Of a stretch of DNA of 64,000 nucleotides, positions 1-10,181 are shown one piece after another (within the stretch, counting starts at the first letter, position 1; every line of letters starts with the position of its first letter). Location: assembly GCA_964230645.1 (NCBI GenBank), contig CAXRHT010000003.1, forward strand, positions 160,001 to 224,000, written 5' to 3'. The notes beneath the pieces are model-generated. The model was not told the DNA's origin and did not search any database. It saw only the letters and a program-made list of their open reading frames with translations. This stretch comes from Bdellovibrionales bacterium. Its GTDB lineage: Bacteria; Bdellovibrionota; Bdellovibrionia; Bdellovibrionales; JAGQZY01. The position numbers were made by a program, and so were the translations under genes.

Positions 1-2
1 AA

Positions 3-794
3 ACTCTTGAAGAGCGAAGAGAGCTGGCACTTCGCAGACTCACACCTCATTTTGTTTTGATGAACCAAGAGCGTGAAATTGTATACGACACTCGGAATGT
101 GCCAGCGAAATATGAAATGATCGGAGACCCTATCGTGCCCGTTTTTCATAAGAAAGGAAAAAAGGGGGAGGGCTTCTTCGGATATCACGAAGGAATCCCA
201 ACCGATTGGGTTGTTACTGAATTGGGTGAATCCCTGGGAGAGGGCTTAAAAATGGCTCCTCAGCAAAACACCCTTGGTGACGAGTTTTTTATAGCTGGTT
301 TTGGCTTTGATCGTTATGAAATGAACTTTAGTGTAAATGCTGGTGAAGCTTCAACTGTTTATAGCCTCAACAACGAATTGGGAATATTCACCAATTTCTC
401 TATTCGTAATGAAGAAAAAAGTTTTTCAGAACTAATGGCGATGTCGATCTCTGAGGTTCTGTCTTACATGGGTTATAGTGAGGAGAGTATCGCTCAGCAA
501 ATAGAAGATTACCCAGAAGAAACTCTGCTGCGTTCGATTGAGATAGTTTTGGGTCAGCAGCAACGGCATCAAAGAGACTGGTGGGTCGAGTCCCATAAAG
601 AGGAAGTTTTCTTTTCAACGATTCCATCGCTCCCTGGGCATAGTGGAGGCCCCTTTTTAAATAAGTCTGGAGAGGTCCTTGGTTTGGTTTCAACAGGCTT
701 TTTCACCGCAGTGGAAGAAGAAGGACCTTTAGCCTCTGTTGGTAGTGGCACCCTGCTTTTTGAGAGGTCCGAGATTCTAAACTATTTGCAATAA
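3..794 (+). CDS. Trypsin-like (S1/PA clan) serine protease, 5'-truncated by the window edge
   Basis: The frame is open from position 3 (TLEERRELALRR...), so the gene starts upstream of the window. Catalytic-Ser motif PGHSGGP followed by GEVLGLVS. Confidence 0.7.
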   Translation, partial: TLEERRELALRRLTPHFVLMNQEREIVYDTRNVPAKYEMIGDPIVPVFHKKGKKGEGFFGYHEGIPTDWVVTELGESLGEGLKMAPQQNTLGDEFFIAGFGFDRYEMNFSVNAGEASTVYSLNNELGIFTNFSIRNEEKSFSELMAMSISEVLSYMGYSEESIAQQIEDYPEETLLRSIEIVLGQQQRHQRDWWVESHKEEVFFSTIPSLPGHSGGPFLNKSGEVLGLVSTGFFTAVEEEGPLASVGSGTLLFERSEILNYLQ

Positions 795-904
795 CTATTT
801 CGACCAAGGGCCGGCTTTTGCAGCTCTGGTAAGGGTTTAAGCGGATCTGAGATTTTTATGCAGAGCTGGACTCAAAAAATAAGAGGTCTATCCCTATAAT
901 GGAA

Positions 905-928
905 TTTCAACGCACGGACGCGTTGGAA
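905..928 (+). promoter_or_regulatory. 5'-UTR hairpin with ACGGAC loop (candidate CsrA/RsmA site), just downstream of a TATAAT at 895-900
   Basis: Stem CAACGC/GCGTTG closes a hexaloop containing ANGGA. A second GGA lies in the SD region (AAGGAT) before ATG 939. Confidence 0.45.
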
Positions 929-938
929 AAGGATCGAC

Positions 939-2174
939 ATGGATGTTGTAAAAACTCTTTTACTGAGTCTTTTTTTATTGGCTGTCGTCGCTTGTGGTTC
1001 AGACGAAAATACCTCTAGCCAAGATCAATTTAAAAAATCCCAAAAACCAAGTTGCCAGAATCGGGAGATAAAAGGCGAGTATTTAGTTCATTGGAAGTCG
1101 GGACAGATTAGTATTGTAAATTCTGAAAATGAAAAAAAATTCGTTGATGGCTATCTTAAAAATCATAAAGAAGAAATTGTGGCGGCTGAGCCTCATTATA
1201 GGATCCAGATTAGTCCGCAAGAATTAATCCAACAAAGAGACTGGGGGGGTGGGGTCAATTGGGGTACTGAAGCCATTGAAGCTCAGAATCTTTGGGACAA
1301 GGGACTTTCTAATGAAGAGATCGTGGTGGCTGTGATTGATTCCGGAGTGAATGTTGAACATCCTCAACTGGTTTCGGCTATCTACGAGAACAAAAACGAA
1401 ACCCTTAACGGAGTTGATGACGACAACAATGGTTATGTCGACGATGTCGGTGGGTATAATTTTGTGAACAACTCTCCTCACCTCAATGATTACACAGGTC
1501 ACGGCACTCATGTTGCCGGTGTGATAGCTGCGCAACATGCCGAAGGACGCATTAAGGGTGTTGCTCCCAATGTAAAAATACTGCCACTAGCATTTATTGA
1601 TCAAAGGGGGGGCGGAGATATTCAAAAAGCTTTAAATGCCATCCGCTATGCGAGTCAAATGGGAGCCAAGGTCATCAATGCTAGCTGGGGAGGGAATAGT
1701 TGCTCTTCTCTAATGGAACAAGAAATTGAAAAGCTCGCCGAAAAAGGCATCCTGTTTGTTACTGCCGCGGGAAATAGTGGAAATGATATTACAATTCTCC
1801 CAGAATACCCGGCCGCTTTTGTTCTCGATAATATGATCACCGTGGGTGCCTCGACTTTTGATGCCAAAACAGCCGGCTTTTCCAATTATGGTTTGCTTGT
1901 TCACCTTGTGGCCCCAGGGGCGAATATAGCCAGCACCTATCCTCCAGAATTTGATACTGATGGAAGTTTGGATGGTGTGGCCACACTGAATGGAACGAGC
2001 ATGGCGACACCCTTTGTGGCAGGAGCAGCGGCCTTACTTTGGTCCCTAAAGCCTGACGCGTCGTATACTGAGATAAAAGAAGCTTTGGTTCAAGGAGTGG
2101 TTGAGGGGCCCTACCCCGTACTCACCAGAGGACAATTAAATATCCGTCAATCCTATGAAATCCTCAACCAATAG
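939..2174 (+). CDS. Subtilisin-like S8 serine peptidase, lipoprotein
   Basis: Lipobox VVAC. Catalytic triad motifs VAVIDSG, HGTHVAG and GTSMATP. DDDNNGYVDD Ca-binding loop. Confidence 0.95.
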   Translation: MDVVKTLLLSLFLLAVVACGSDENTSSQDQFKKSQKPSCQNREIKGEYLVHWKSGQISIVNSENEKKFVDGYLKNHKEEIVAAEPHYRIQISPQELIQQRDWGGGVNWGTEAIEAQNLWDKGLSNEEIVVAVIDSGVNVEHPQLVSAIYENKNETLNGVDDDNNGYVDDVGGYNFVNNSPHLNDYTGHGTHVAGVIAAQHAEGRIKGVAPNVKILPLAFIDQRGGGDIQKALNAIRYASQMGAKVINASWGGNSCSSLMEQEIEKLAEKGILFVTAAGNSGNDITILPEYPAAFVLDNMITVGASTFDAKTAGFSNYGLLVHLVAPGANIASTYPPEFDTDGSLDGVATLNGTSMATPFVAGAAALLWSLKPDASYTEIKEALVQGVVEGPYPVLTRGQLNIRQSYEILNQ

Positions 2175-2331
2175 GTAAAAGAGTGATCCTCTTAAGACTC
2201 TGAGGTGGAGAGGCTTAGCGCCTTTTTCACCCATTCATAATACGCCGCTTAAAAAACAGATCCCTTTTCTTGATTTCACGCTGCAGCATTCGGTATTGTG
2301 CTCCATTGCATAAAAAGTCAGGAGCCTGTCA

Positions 2332-3621
2332 TTGCGTTATTATATAGATAATCTCAAAGATTATGTCGGTGAGACGGTTGAACTAAAGGGCTGGGTTTAT
2401 AACACTCGTGGGTCCAAAAAGATTAAGTTTCTAATTCTTCGTGATGGCACCGGCCTTTGCCAGTGTATTTTCTTTAAAGGCGATTGTGATGATGAAGCTT
2501 TTGAAAATTTCCAGAATTTAACTCAGGAATCCTGCGTAAAGGTCACTGGGGTGGTTAAAGCAGAACCTCGCAGTCCGGGAGGCTTTGAACTTTCAGCAAA
2601 GTCTTTTGAGATCCTGTCGGAATCCACCGATTATCCCATCACACCCAAGGAACATGGGGTGGATTTTCTCATGAACCATCGTCACTTATGGCTTCGATCG
2701 AAACGGCAGCACGCCGTTATGAGAGTGCGATCTGAAATTTTGAATGCAATTCGTTCCTTTTTTGATGATAGAGGTTTTACCTGCACAGATGCTCCTATTT
2801 TTACTCCGAACGCCTGTGAAGGAACATCCACTCTTTTCTCGACGAAATATTTTGATGACAAGGCTTACCTTTCTCAAAGTGGTCAACTCTATATGGAGGC
2901 CACTGCCGCCGCCTTTGGAAAAGTTTATTGCTTCGGACCCACCTTTCGAGCGGAAAAATCAAAAACTAGGCGACATCTTATTGAGTTTTGGATGGTTGAG
3001 CCTGAGGTGGCTTTTAACGACCTTTACGACAACATGGATTTGGCCGAGCAGTTTGTTGAGTACGTGGTCCAAAGAACTATGACAAATAAAAAAGCAGAAC
3101 TTGAAGTTTTAGAAAGAGACTTAAGCAAACTTGAAAAAATTAAGGGCCCTTTTCCAAGGCTTCACTATGATGAGGCTACAGCTATTATTAAAAAAGAAAA
3201 CCCTGACTTTGTGGATGGCGATGATTTCGGCGGAACCGATGAGACGATCATTAGTAGTCAGTACGACAAACCCGTTTTCGTTCATCACTTCCCGACGGCC
3301 ATTAAAGCTTTTTATATGAAGGAAGAGCCCGAGGATAAAAAGTATAGTTTGAGTTGTGACCTCCTTGCCACTGAAGGATACGGTGAGATCATCGGTGGTG
3401 GTCAAAGAGAGGACAACCTTGAGATTTTAGAAACAAAAATTAAAGAACACGACCTGAATTTAGATGATTTCTCTTGGTATCGCGACTTGCGCCGCTACGG
3501 AAGTTTTCCTCATTCTGGTTTTGGACTTGGTATAGAAAGAACAGTGGCTTGGATTTGCGGACTGAATCATGTGAGAGAAACAGTTCCTTTTCCTCGTCTC
3601 TATGGAAGACTTCATCCTTAA
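2332..3621 (+). CDS. asnS: Asparagine--tRNA ligase
   Basis: OB-fold N-terminus, [31 protein letters not shown] and [14 protein letters not shown] start with AGGAG SD. Confidence 0.95.
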   Translation: MRYYIDNLKDYVGETVELKGWVYNTRGSKKIKFLILRDGTGLCQCIFFKGDCDDEAFENFQNLTQESCVKVTGVVKAEPRSPGGFELSAKSFEILSESTDYPITPKEHGVDFLMNHRHLWLRSKRQHAVMRVRSEILNAIRSFFDDRGFTCTDAPIFTPNACEGTSTLFSTKYFDDKAYLSQSGQLYMEATAAAFGKVYCFGPTFRAEKSKTRRHLIEFWMVEPEVAFNDLYDNMDLAEQFVEYVVQRTMTNKKAELEVLERDLSKLEKIKGPFPRLHYDEATAIIKKENPDFVDGDDFGGTDETIISSQYDKPVFVHHFPTAIKAFYMKEEPEDKKYSLSCDLLATEGYGEIIGGGQREDNLEILETKIKEHDLNLDDFSWYRDLRRYGSFPHSGFGLGIERTVAWICGLNHVRETVPFPRLYGRLHP

Positions 3622-3632
3622 AAGGTGCTGAT

Positions 3633-5186
3633 ATGGAAACGAATGTAGATAGATTGAATTCACTTGAACAGCGAAACCAAAAAGCCTTCGAGGGCGGTGG
3701 GGAAGAGCGAGTCAAAAAACACAAACAAGGGACTCGCCTCACGGCTCGAGAACGACTCCATACCCTATTGGATCCAGGAAGCTTTGTTGAAATGGATCGG
3801 TTTGTAACTCATCGATGCCAAAATTTTAAAATGGCCGATAAAAAAATCGATGGTGATGGAGTTATCACAGGTTATGGCCGCATTAATGGCAAATTGGTTT
3901 ATGTCTACAGCCAAGACTTCACCGTGTTCGGCGGCAGTATGTCCAGAACCCAGGCCAATAAAATCTTAAAGGTTCAAGAGATGGCCATGAAAAATGGCGC
4001 TCCCATCATTGGCTTAAATGACTCAGGAGGAGCGAGAATTCAAGAGGGTGTTGAAGCCTTAGGTGGCTATGCTGACATTTTTCTGAATAACGTTATGGCC
4101 TCAGGAGTCGTTCCTCAGATTAGTGCAATCATGGGGCCGAGCGCTGGTGGTGCGGTCTATTCGCCGTCAATCACAGACTTTATTTTTATGGTGAAAGACA
4201 CAAGCTATATGTTTGTGACAGGACCTGATGTTATCAAGACAGTCACTCACGAAGAGGTAACAAAAGAAGAACTCGGCGGAGCTTCAACTCACAGCCAGAA
4301 ATCGGGTGTGGCTCACTTTGCAGCAGAAGACGACAAACACTGTCTATTGATGATCCGTGAAATGTTGAACTTCCTTCCCAGTAACAATATGGATGATCCT
4401 CCACAGTTGGAAACTAAAGATGATCCAAACAGAAAAGTGGAAGAGCTGACTTCTTTTATTCCTGATAGTTCTAGAAAACCTTATGACATGAAAGAGCTCA
4501 TTAAAAAGGTTGTGGACGAAAGCTACTTTCTTGAGATTCATGGCAACTATGCCACCAATGTCGTCGTAGGATTTGCTCGCTTCAATGGAAGAAGTGTTGG
4601 TATCGTGGCCAACCAACCCCAGGTTTTGGCGGGATGTTTGAATATTGATGCGAGTAAAAAAGCGGCTCGATTTATTCGATTTTGTGATGCCTTTAACATA
4701 CCTCTAGTAAACTTTGTTGATGTCCCCGGATTTCTTCCTGGAACCGATCAAGAGTGGCAGGGTATTATTACTCATGGGGCAAAACTTCTTTATGCTTACG
4801 CTGAAGCCACAGTTCCAAAAGTCACCATCATCACACGAAAAGACTATGGTGGGGCCTACTGTGTTATGTCCTCTAAACACTTAAGAGGTGATGTTAACCT
4901 TGCTTATCCTTCCGCAGAGATTGCTGTGATGGGAGCTGAGGGTGCTGTGAATATTATTTTCAGAGAAGCTATCAAGAACGCAGAAAACACCGAAGAAGAG
5001 CGTGGTCGCTTAACCAAGGATTATGAAGATAAATTTAACAATCCCTATGTGGCTGCTGAGCTTGGATATATCGATGAAGTGATTGAGCCTTCCATGACTC
5101 GTAAGCGTATTTGCGACTCACTTGAGATGTTAAAAAATAAAAGAGACACAAACCCGCCAAAAAAACACGGAAACATTCCTCTTTAA
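3633..5186 (+). CDS. pccB: Acyl-CoA (propionyl-CoA type) carboxylase, carboxyltransferase beta subunit
   Basis: [18 protein letters not shown] and C-terminal KKHGNIPL. Start reassigned to ATG 3633, after the asnS stop. Confidence 0.9.
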   Translation: METNVDRLNSLEQRNQKAFEGGGEERVKKHKQGTRLTARERLHTLLDPGSFVEMDRFVTHRCQNFKMADKKIDGDGVITGYGRINGKLVYVYSQDFTVFGGSMSRTQANKILKVQEMAMKNGAPIIGLNDSGGARIQEGVEALGGYADIFLNNVMASGVVPQISAIMGPSAGGAVYSPSITDFIFMVKDTSYMFVTGPDVIKTVTHEEVTKEELGGASTHSQKSGVAHFAAEDDKHCLLMIREMLNFLPSNNMDDPPQLETKDDPNRKVEELTSFIPDSSRKPYDMKELIKKVVDESYFLEIHGNYATNVVVGFARFNGRSVGIVANQPQVLAGCLNIDASKKAARFIRFCDAFNIPLVNFVDVPGFLPGTDQEWQGIITHGAKLLYAYAEATVPKVTIITRKDYGGAYCVMSSKHLRGDVNLAYPSAEIAVMGAEGAVNIIFREAIKNAENTEEERGRLTKDYEDKFNNPYVAAELGYIDEVIEPSMTRKRICDSLEMLKNKRDTNPPKKHGNIPL

Positions 5187-5199
5187 GGAGCCAGTCGAT

Positions 5200-6699
5200 A
5201 TGTTTAAGAAAATCTTAGTTGCCAATCGAGGGGAAATTGCGGTTCGAGTGATTCGAGCTTGTCGGGATATGGGCATATCATCGGTGGCGGTATTTAGTGA
5301 GGCCGATCGATACAGTCAGCACGTTTTACTTGCCGACGAAGCCTACGAGATTGGACCGGCTCCCAGCAATGAGTCCTACCTTGATGACGTGAAGATCCTA
5401 ACGGTTGCCAAAAATGCCGGTGTTGATGCCATTCACCCAGGCTACGGTTTTATGAGTGAAAACGCTGACTTCGCCAAGAAAGTGGCAGAGGCGGGCATTG
5501 AGTTTATAGGTCCATCGCCACAAAATATTGTGGACATGGGAGATAAACTCTCTGCTATTTCGTTGATGAAAAAAGCGGGAGTTCCCACAGTGCCTGGAAG
5601 TGACGGCCCTGTTGATACTGTCGAAGACGCCCACAAGGTTGCTAATGAAATTGGATTCCCTGTGATGATTAAAGCCACTGCCGGCGGTGGTGGTAAGGGG
5701 ATGCGTGTTGTTCATCAAGAAAAGGATCTTGATAGCTATTACCGTGCCGCCCGTTCTGAAGGTTTAAATTATTTTAAGAATGATGTTGTGTATATGGAGC
5801 GTTTTATAACAAGTCCTAAGCACATCGAAATTCAGGTTTTTGGGGACAAACACGGTAATGTCGTCCATCTCTTTGAAAGAGAATGCTCGATTCAGCGTCG
5901 ACATCAGAAAATTATTGAAGAAGCTCCAAGTCCATCTGTACCAGACGAGGTCCGACAGAAAATGGGTGATGTTGCCGTTAAAGCGGCTGAGTCCATTGGT
6001 TACGTGGGTGCAGGAACTTTTGAATTTATTTTTGATAATAATACCAAAGAGTTTTTCTTTATGGAGATGAATACTCGACTTCAAGTGGAGCATCCTATCA
6101 CCGAAGCCGTTACAGGAGTCGATCTCGTTAGAGAGCAAATACTAGTAGCCGCTGGTAATAAACTTTCCTGGAAGCAAGAGGATATTAAAATTCAAGGCCA
6201 TGCCATTGAATGTCGAATCTGCGCTGAAGATCCAGAAACCTTCATTCCTTCCCCAGGAAAGATCAAAAGATTTCGTCCGCCAGCAGGTCCACAAGTTCGC
6301 TGTGATACCTATGTTTTTTCTGGTTACGAAATTCCAATCTACTATGATCCAATGATTGCCAAATTGGTAACTTGGGGGAAGTCTAGGGAAGAGACCATTG
6401 AGAGAATGAATCGCGCGTTGATAGAATTCACTCTAACAGGAGTTAAATCGAATATCGTTCTCCATAAATCGATTTTAAAGCACCATAAATTTAAGAGTGG
6501 TGAGTACACCACCCAATTTTGCGAAAATGATCTTAAGGTAGAGTCTCCAGACTTATTTAAGTTTGTCGATGATCGAGTGTTTCTAATTTCTGCAGCGATC
6601 TCTGCTTACAAAGATCGAGAAAAGAATCCAAAGGAAAACAAATACCAAAAGATGTCCAATTGGAAACTTTCTGGTCGTGATATAGGATTGAGGAAATAA
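5200..6699 (+). CDS. accC: Biotin carboxylase subunit
   Basis: KILVANRGEIA, HPGYGF, GGGGKGMR, RECSIQRRHQK and EMNTRLQVEH. Confidence 0.93.
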   Translation: MFKKILVANRGEIAVRVIRACRDMGISSVAVFSEADRYSQHVLLADEAYEIGPAPSNESYLDDVKILTVAKNAGVDAIHPGYGFMSENADFAKKVAEAGIEFIGPSPQNIVDMGDKLSAISLMKKAGVPTVPGSDGPVDTVEDAHKVANEIGFPVMIKATAGGGGKGMRVVHQEKDLDSYYRAARSEGLNYFKNDVVYMERFITSPKHIEIQVFGDKHGNVVHLFERECSIQRRHQKIIEEAPSPSVPDEVRQKMGDVAVKAAESIGYVGAGTFEFIFDNNTKEFFFMEMNTRLQVEHPITEAVTGVDLVREQILVAAGNKLSWKQEDIKIQGHAIECRICAEDPETFIPSPGKIKRFRPPAGPQVRCDTYVFSGYEIPIYYDPMIAKLVTWGKSREETIERMNRALIEFTLTGVKSNIVLHKSILKHHKFKSGEYTTQFCENDLKVESPDLFKFVDDRVFLISAAISAYKDREKNPKENKYQKMSNWKLSGRDIGLRK

Positions 6700-7223
6700 T
6701 GTTATTTGAAGCTGAATTAAGAAAGAAAAAGTATCAGATCATTGTCGACAAAACGGCCTCGACCTGGGAGGTTTCACTTCGAGCCGAAGGCGAAGAGGAA
6801 GAAAAGTTTTCGATTGCCCAAAAAGACTTTGAGGAGGCCGATAATGTCATCAGCTTTCTTTTTAAAAACAATTCCTATCTTGTTGATACAGTAGCCGACG
6901 GCACGAATTACGATGTTTATACCCGTGGTTCCTACCGAAGTGTTAAAATCTTCAATGACGAAATGTTACTTCATGAAAGCCTGAAATCCGGTAAAGCCAT
7001 GGGGGGAGACACAGGAGTGACCTCCGGGATGCCTGGTAAAATTATCAAAATTCTTGTTAAAGAAGGAGATAAGGTTGAGGAGGGGACCCCTCTCTTGATC
7101 ATGGAAGCCATGAAAATGGAAAATGAAATGAAGGCATCGGGAGAAGCGACCATTAAAAAAATATTGGTCTCAGCAGGAGACAATGTTGAAACGGGAGCAA
7201 CACTTATCCAGTTTGATGTCTAA
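6699..7223 (+). CDS. Biotin carboxyl carrier protein with an N-terminal BT-like domain
   Basis: EAMKMENE biotinylation motif. The start overlaps the upstream stop (TAATG). Confidence 0.9.
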   Translation: MLFEAELRKKKYQIIVDKTASTWEVSLRAEGEEEEKFSIAQKDFEEADNVISFLFKNNSYLVDTVADGTNYDVYTRGSYRSVKIFNDEMLLHESLKSGKAMGGDTGVTSGMPGKIIKILVKEGDKVEEGTPLLIMEAMKMENEMKASGEATIKKILVSAGDNVETGATLIQFDV

Positions 7224-7245
7224 AGCCTTATTCATTTAGGGATGT

Positions 7246-7272
7246 AAAAAGGGCTCCTTGAGCCCTTTTTTT
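7246..7272. terminator. Intrinsic terminator, probably bidirectional
   Basis: AAAAAGGGCTC-CTT-GAGCCCTTTTTTT between convergent genes. Confidence 0.85.
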
Positions 7273-7345
7273 ATTTGAAAGTAGGGGCACCGAATAACGA
7301 ATGTTACAAGACTCGAGGTTGAATCATTTTCTGAGGTATAAGTTA

Positions 7346-8179
7346 CTAAGACAATTTATCTTTGATCAATTTAATTAACGAATCGAAAAAGTCACAAAAA
7401 ATCTGTTCAACTGAATTAGCCATCGCGGTAACTTCATCATGAGTTAATTTCGTGGTGTGAATTCCAGCTGCGGGATTGGTGATACAGGAAACCGCACAAA
7501 CTCTGAGTCCTAGGTGATTAGCGGCAATACTCTCAGGCACTGTACTCATTCCAACGGCTTGACCACCAATGGTTTGTAGAAATCGAACCTCAGCTGGAGT
7601 TTCATAAGTTGGACCACTTACACCACAGTAAACACCTTTCCAAAAACGAGTTTTCTGCTGAGTTAAAACATTCACCATGATTTCTGTGAGTTCTTTGTCA
7701 TAGGCTTCTGTCATATCAGGAAAGCGTGGACCCAAATTTTTGATGTTAGGGCCCATTAATGGATTGTCACCCATTAGGTTTATATGGTCTTCAATCACCA
7801 TTAGGTCCCCAGGCTTCATCTGTGGATCGAGGCCGCCCGCCGAATTGGTGAGAAGCAGAACCTCAATCCCTAACATGGCGAGTGTTCGAATGGGATAGGC
7901 CACCTGTTCCATTGTGTGCCCTTCGTAATAGTGCACACGTCCCTGCATTATAGCCAAAGGTACACCATGAAGCTCACCAAAAACCAAACGACCACTGTGG
8001 CCTTCTACTGAAGGGGCGACAAAGTTTGGTATTTCAGAGAATGATATTTCACAAGTCACATCAATATGGTTAACAAAAGCTCCTAAGCCTGAGCCAAGGA
8101 CAATGCCGACTCGAGGCTTCATTTGAGTTTTAGAACGAATAAATTGTGTGGTTTCTTGTAATTTATCTAAGACATTCAC
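7346..8179 (-). CDS. punA: Purine-nucleoside phosphorylase (trimeric PunA/XapA family)
   Basis: GIVLGSGLG, QGRVHYYEG, GPTYETPAE and VGMSTVPE. Confidence 0.9.
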   Translation of the reverse strand: MNVLDKLQETTQFIRSKTQMKPRVGIVLGSGLGAFVNHIDVTCEISFSEIPNFVAPSVEGHSGRLVFGELHGVPLAIMQGRVHYYEGHTMEQVAYPIRTLAMLGIEVLLLTNSAGGLDPQMKPGDLMVIEDHINLMGDNPLMGPNIKNLGPRFPDMTEAYDKELTEIMVNVLTQQKTRFWKGVYCGVSGPTYETPAEVRFLQTIGGQAVGMSTVPESIAANHLGLRVCAVSCITNPAAGIHTTKLTHDEVTAMANSVEQIFCDFFDSLIKLIKDKLS

Positions 8180-8208
8180 AGTTGGTCCTTTGTTTAATCA
8201 TTGTCCTA

Positions 8209-8327
8209 TTATCCACAATGAAAAGAATGCTGTCTAGAGGTGAGTCTTAGTTCACTTAATTATTAAGCATCTAGAAAGGATTTCACGCCTTAAAAAATTT
8301 TACTAAAATTTCAAAGGGTGTGGATAA
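8209..8327. promoter_or_regulatory. Two perfect DnaA boxes in inverted orientation flanking an AT-rich spacer
   Basis: TTATCCACA at 8209-8217 and TGTGGATAA at 8319-8327. Confidence 0.6.
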
Positions 8328-8382
8328 TATTGCACGGTTTTTGGCGCCGAAAGTGCAAAACAAACCAGTATCAAAGCGACAA

Positions 8383-9684
8383 TCAAGGAATTTCAATCAC
8401 AAGGGGGCCAACAGGATTTTTATGACCACTTATTTGATAGGAGTTTTTAAGAATATTTTGAGCCTCTTCCAGGCCGGGTTCATTGGGAGAATGATATAAA
8501 GTAAAAATTGCCTCTCCTGATTTTACCTCATCTCCTATTTTTTTATGAATCTCAATACCTGAGAGAGGATTGATTTTATCAGTAATTACACGGCGTCCAG
8601 CTCCCATGCAAATACCGGCAATACCCACCTGTTCGCCGTCGACTTGACTAAAATATCCTTCTTTTTCAGAAACGAGCGTCGTAGAGCTTTCTGGGTACTC
8701 AATACTTTCTAATGAGCCCCCCTGCTCTTGGCAGACACTTTCGAAACATTCGAAAGCTTTACCGCTATCAAGAGCTTCGACAGCTTTCCTCTTGCCGGAT
8801 TCAAAATCGATATCAAGGCCAATAGCAATCATGCGGGCTGCGAGCTCTATGCTTAACTCTTCGGTATCGGAGAAAGATTTATAGTCTCGCCCAAGAAAGC
8901 TTTGCCTTTTTAAAATACTTAAACATTCGCCGATTTCAACAGCATTACCAACAAAGCGTCCAAGTGGCTGGTTCATATCGGTGATCATTGCCATGGTTTT
9001 AAGACCATGACCTTCCCCAATAGTTGTAAGACCTCTAGCAAGTGCTCTAGCATCGTCTAAATTTTTCATGAAGGCCCCAGAGCCCATTTTAACATCAAGA
9101 ACGAGGCCTCTGATCCCTTCAGCGATTTTTTTTGACATAATACTTGCGCAGATTAGGGGAAGGGATTCAACAGTGGCAGTGACATCTCTTAAAGAATATA
9201 TCTTTTTATCTGCAGGACAGATGTTGTCCGTTTGACCAATAAAACTCAGGTTTAATTTGTTCACCTGTTTTTTAAAAGTATCGAGATCCAGGTTTACATT
9301 AAATCCAGGAATGGACTCCAACTTATCTAAGGTGCCACCTGTGTGTCCTAAACCTCGGCCTGACATCATTGGTACGGGTACGCCACAAGCGGCGACGATC
9401 GGTGCAAGAATTAAACTTGTCTTATCTCCCACGCCTCCGGTGCTATGCTTGTCTACAGCGATTCGATCTTCAAACTTTAGTTGAGTTCCAGAGTTGATCA
9501 TTGCCTGAGTTAACTCGATTGTTTCCTCATCCTCCATACCATTGAGAAATATGGCCATAAGGAGTGCGGACATTTGGTAATCGGGAATCTCACCTTTAGT
9601 GTATCCTTCGATAATAAATTCTATTTCCTTTTTGGAGAGATTTTGTCCCGATCTTTTTGTCTTGATAACCTGAGTTGCTAGCAT
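8383..9684 (-). CDS. pdp: Pyrimidine-nucleoside/thymidine phosphorylase
   Basis: DKHSTGGVGDK, SGRGLGHTGGTLDKLE and SIMSKK. Start set at ATG 9684 (MLATQVIKTKR). Confidence 0.93.
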   Translation of the reverse strand: MLATQVIKTKRSGQNLSKKEIEFIIEGYTKGEIPDYQMSALLMAIFLNGMEDEETIELTQAMINSGTQLKFEDRIAVDKHSTGGVGDKTSLILAPIVAACGVPVPMMSGRGLGHTGGTLDKLESIPGFNVNLDLDTFKKQVNKLNLSFIGQTDNICPADKKIYSLRDVTATVESLPLICASIMSKKIAEGIRGLVLDVKMGSGAFMKNLDDARALARGLTTIGEGHGLKTMAMITDMNQPLGRFVGNAVEIGECLSILKRQSFLGRDYKSFSDTEELSIELAARMIAIGLDIDFESGKRKAVEALDSGKAFECFESVCQEQGGSLESIEYPESSTTLVSEKEGYFSQVDGEQVGIAGICMGAGRRVITDKINPLSGIEIHKKIGDEVKSGEAIFTLYHSPNEPGLEEAQNILKNSYQISGHKNPVGPLVIEIP

Positions 9685-9734
9685 ATCTAAGGTTTTACTT
9701 GTCAAAACAGCAAGAAACAAGAGACAATCAAGCC

Positions 9735-10163
9735 ATGTTAAAAATCTTACTGTGCCTTACAATTGGATTTTCAGGGAACATGGCATTTGCCCAGAATCAA
9801 AACACAGGCCAACAAGATGAGGCTGGCTCCAACATGATCGAAAAATATGGGCCTCGTCGGCAGATTTCCACAATTGTTTATATGGGACTTGCCGGAGCTG
9901 TCTTAGGATTATCAACACTGAGTTTTTATGGTCGACCCCAGGACCATTTAACCAATATTCCCATTGGTTTTGGTGTGGGAGTGATTGTTGGTACCGTCTA
10001 TATGACCTATCAGGCGGCCGCCAATCCGAATGAATTTTATAAAGAAGCTCAGATAGAGTATCGTCCTAAATTTACTGATCCTATGCCGAAATCATACACG
10101 GCCAGTGATATTCTATTAGAGAATCAAAATGTCCAGAAAGTTTCCTACCGTTGGACATTTTGA
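9735..10163 (+). CDS. Hypothetical membrane protein with signal peptide and a Gly-rich two-helix hairpin
   Basis: Signal peptide ending AFA and two Gly-rich hydrophobic segments. TTGTCA-N18-GACAAT upstream. Confidence 0.7.
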   Translation: MLKILLCLTIGFSGNMAFAQNQNTGQQDEAGSNMIEKYGPRRQISTIVYMGLAGAVLGLSTLSFYGRPQDHLTNIPIGFGVGVIVGTVYMTYQAAANPNEFYKEAQIEYRPKFTDPMPKSYTASDILLENQNVQKVSYRWTF

Positions 10164-10181
10164 TCGAAGCTGAAAACTCCC

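Noticed and set aside
3474..3632. 53-aa N-terminal extension of the carboxyltransferase ORF
   Set aside because: It overlaps the 3' end of asnS in another frame; ATG 3633 with an upstream AAGGTG gives a normal-length protein.
8342..8357. Sigma54-like TGGCGC-N5-GTGCA
   Set aside because: It is on the + strand pointing antisense into pdp, has no downstream sense gene and lacks TTGC.
8180..8382. Possible oriC
   Set aside because: Only two DnaA boxes and no dnaA/dnaN/gidA/parAB context; kept only as a DnaA-binding candidate.
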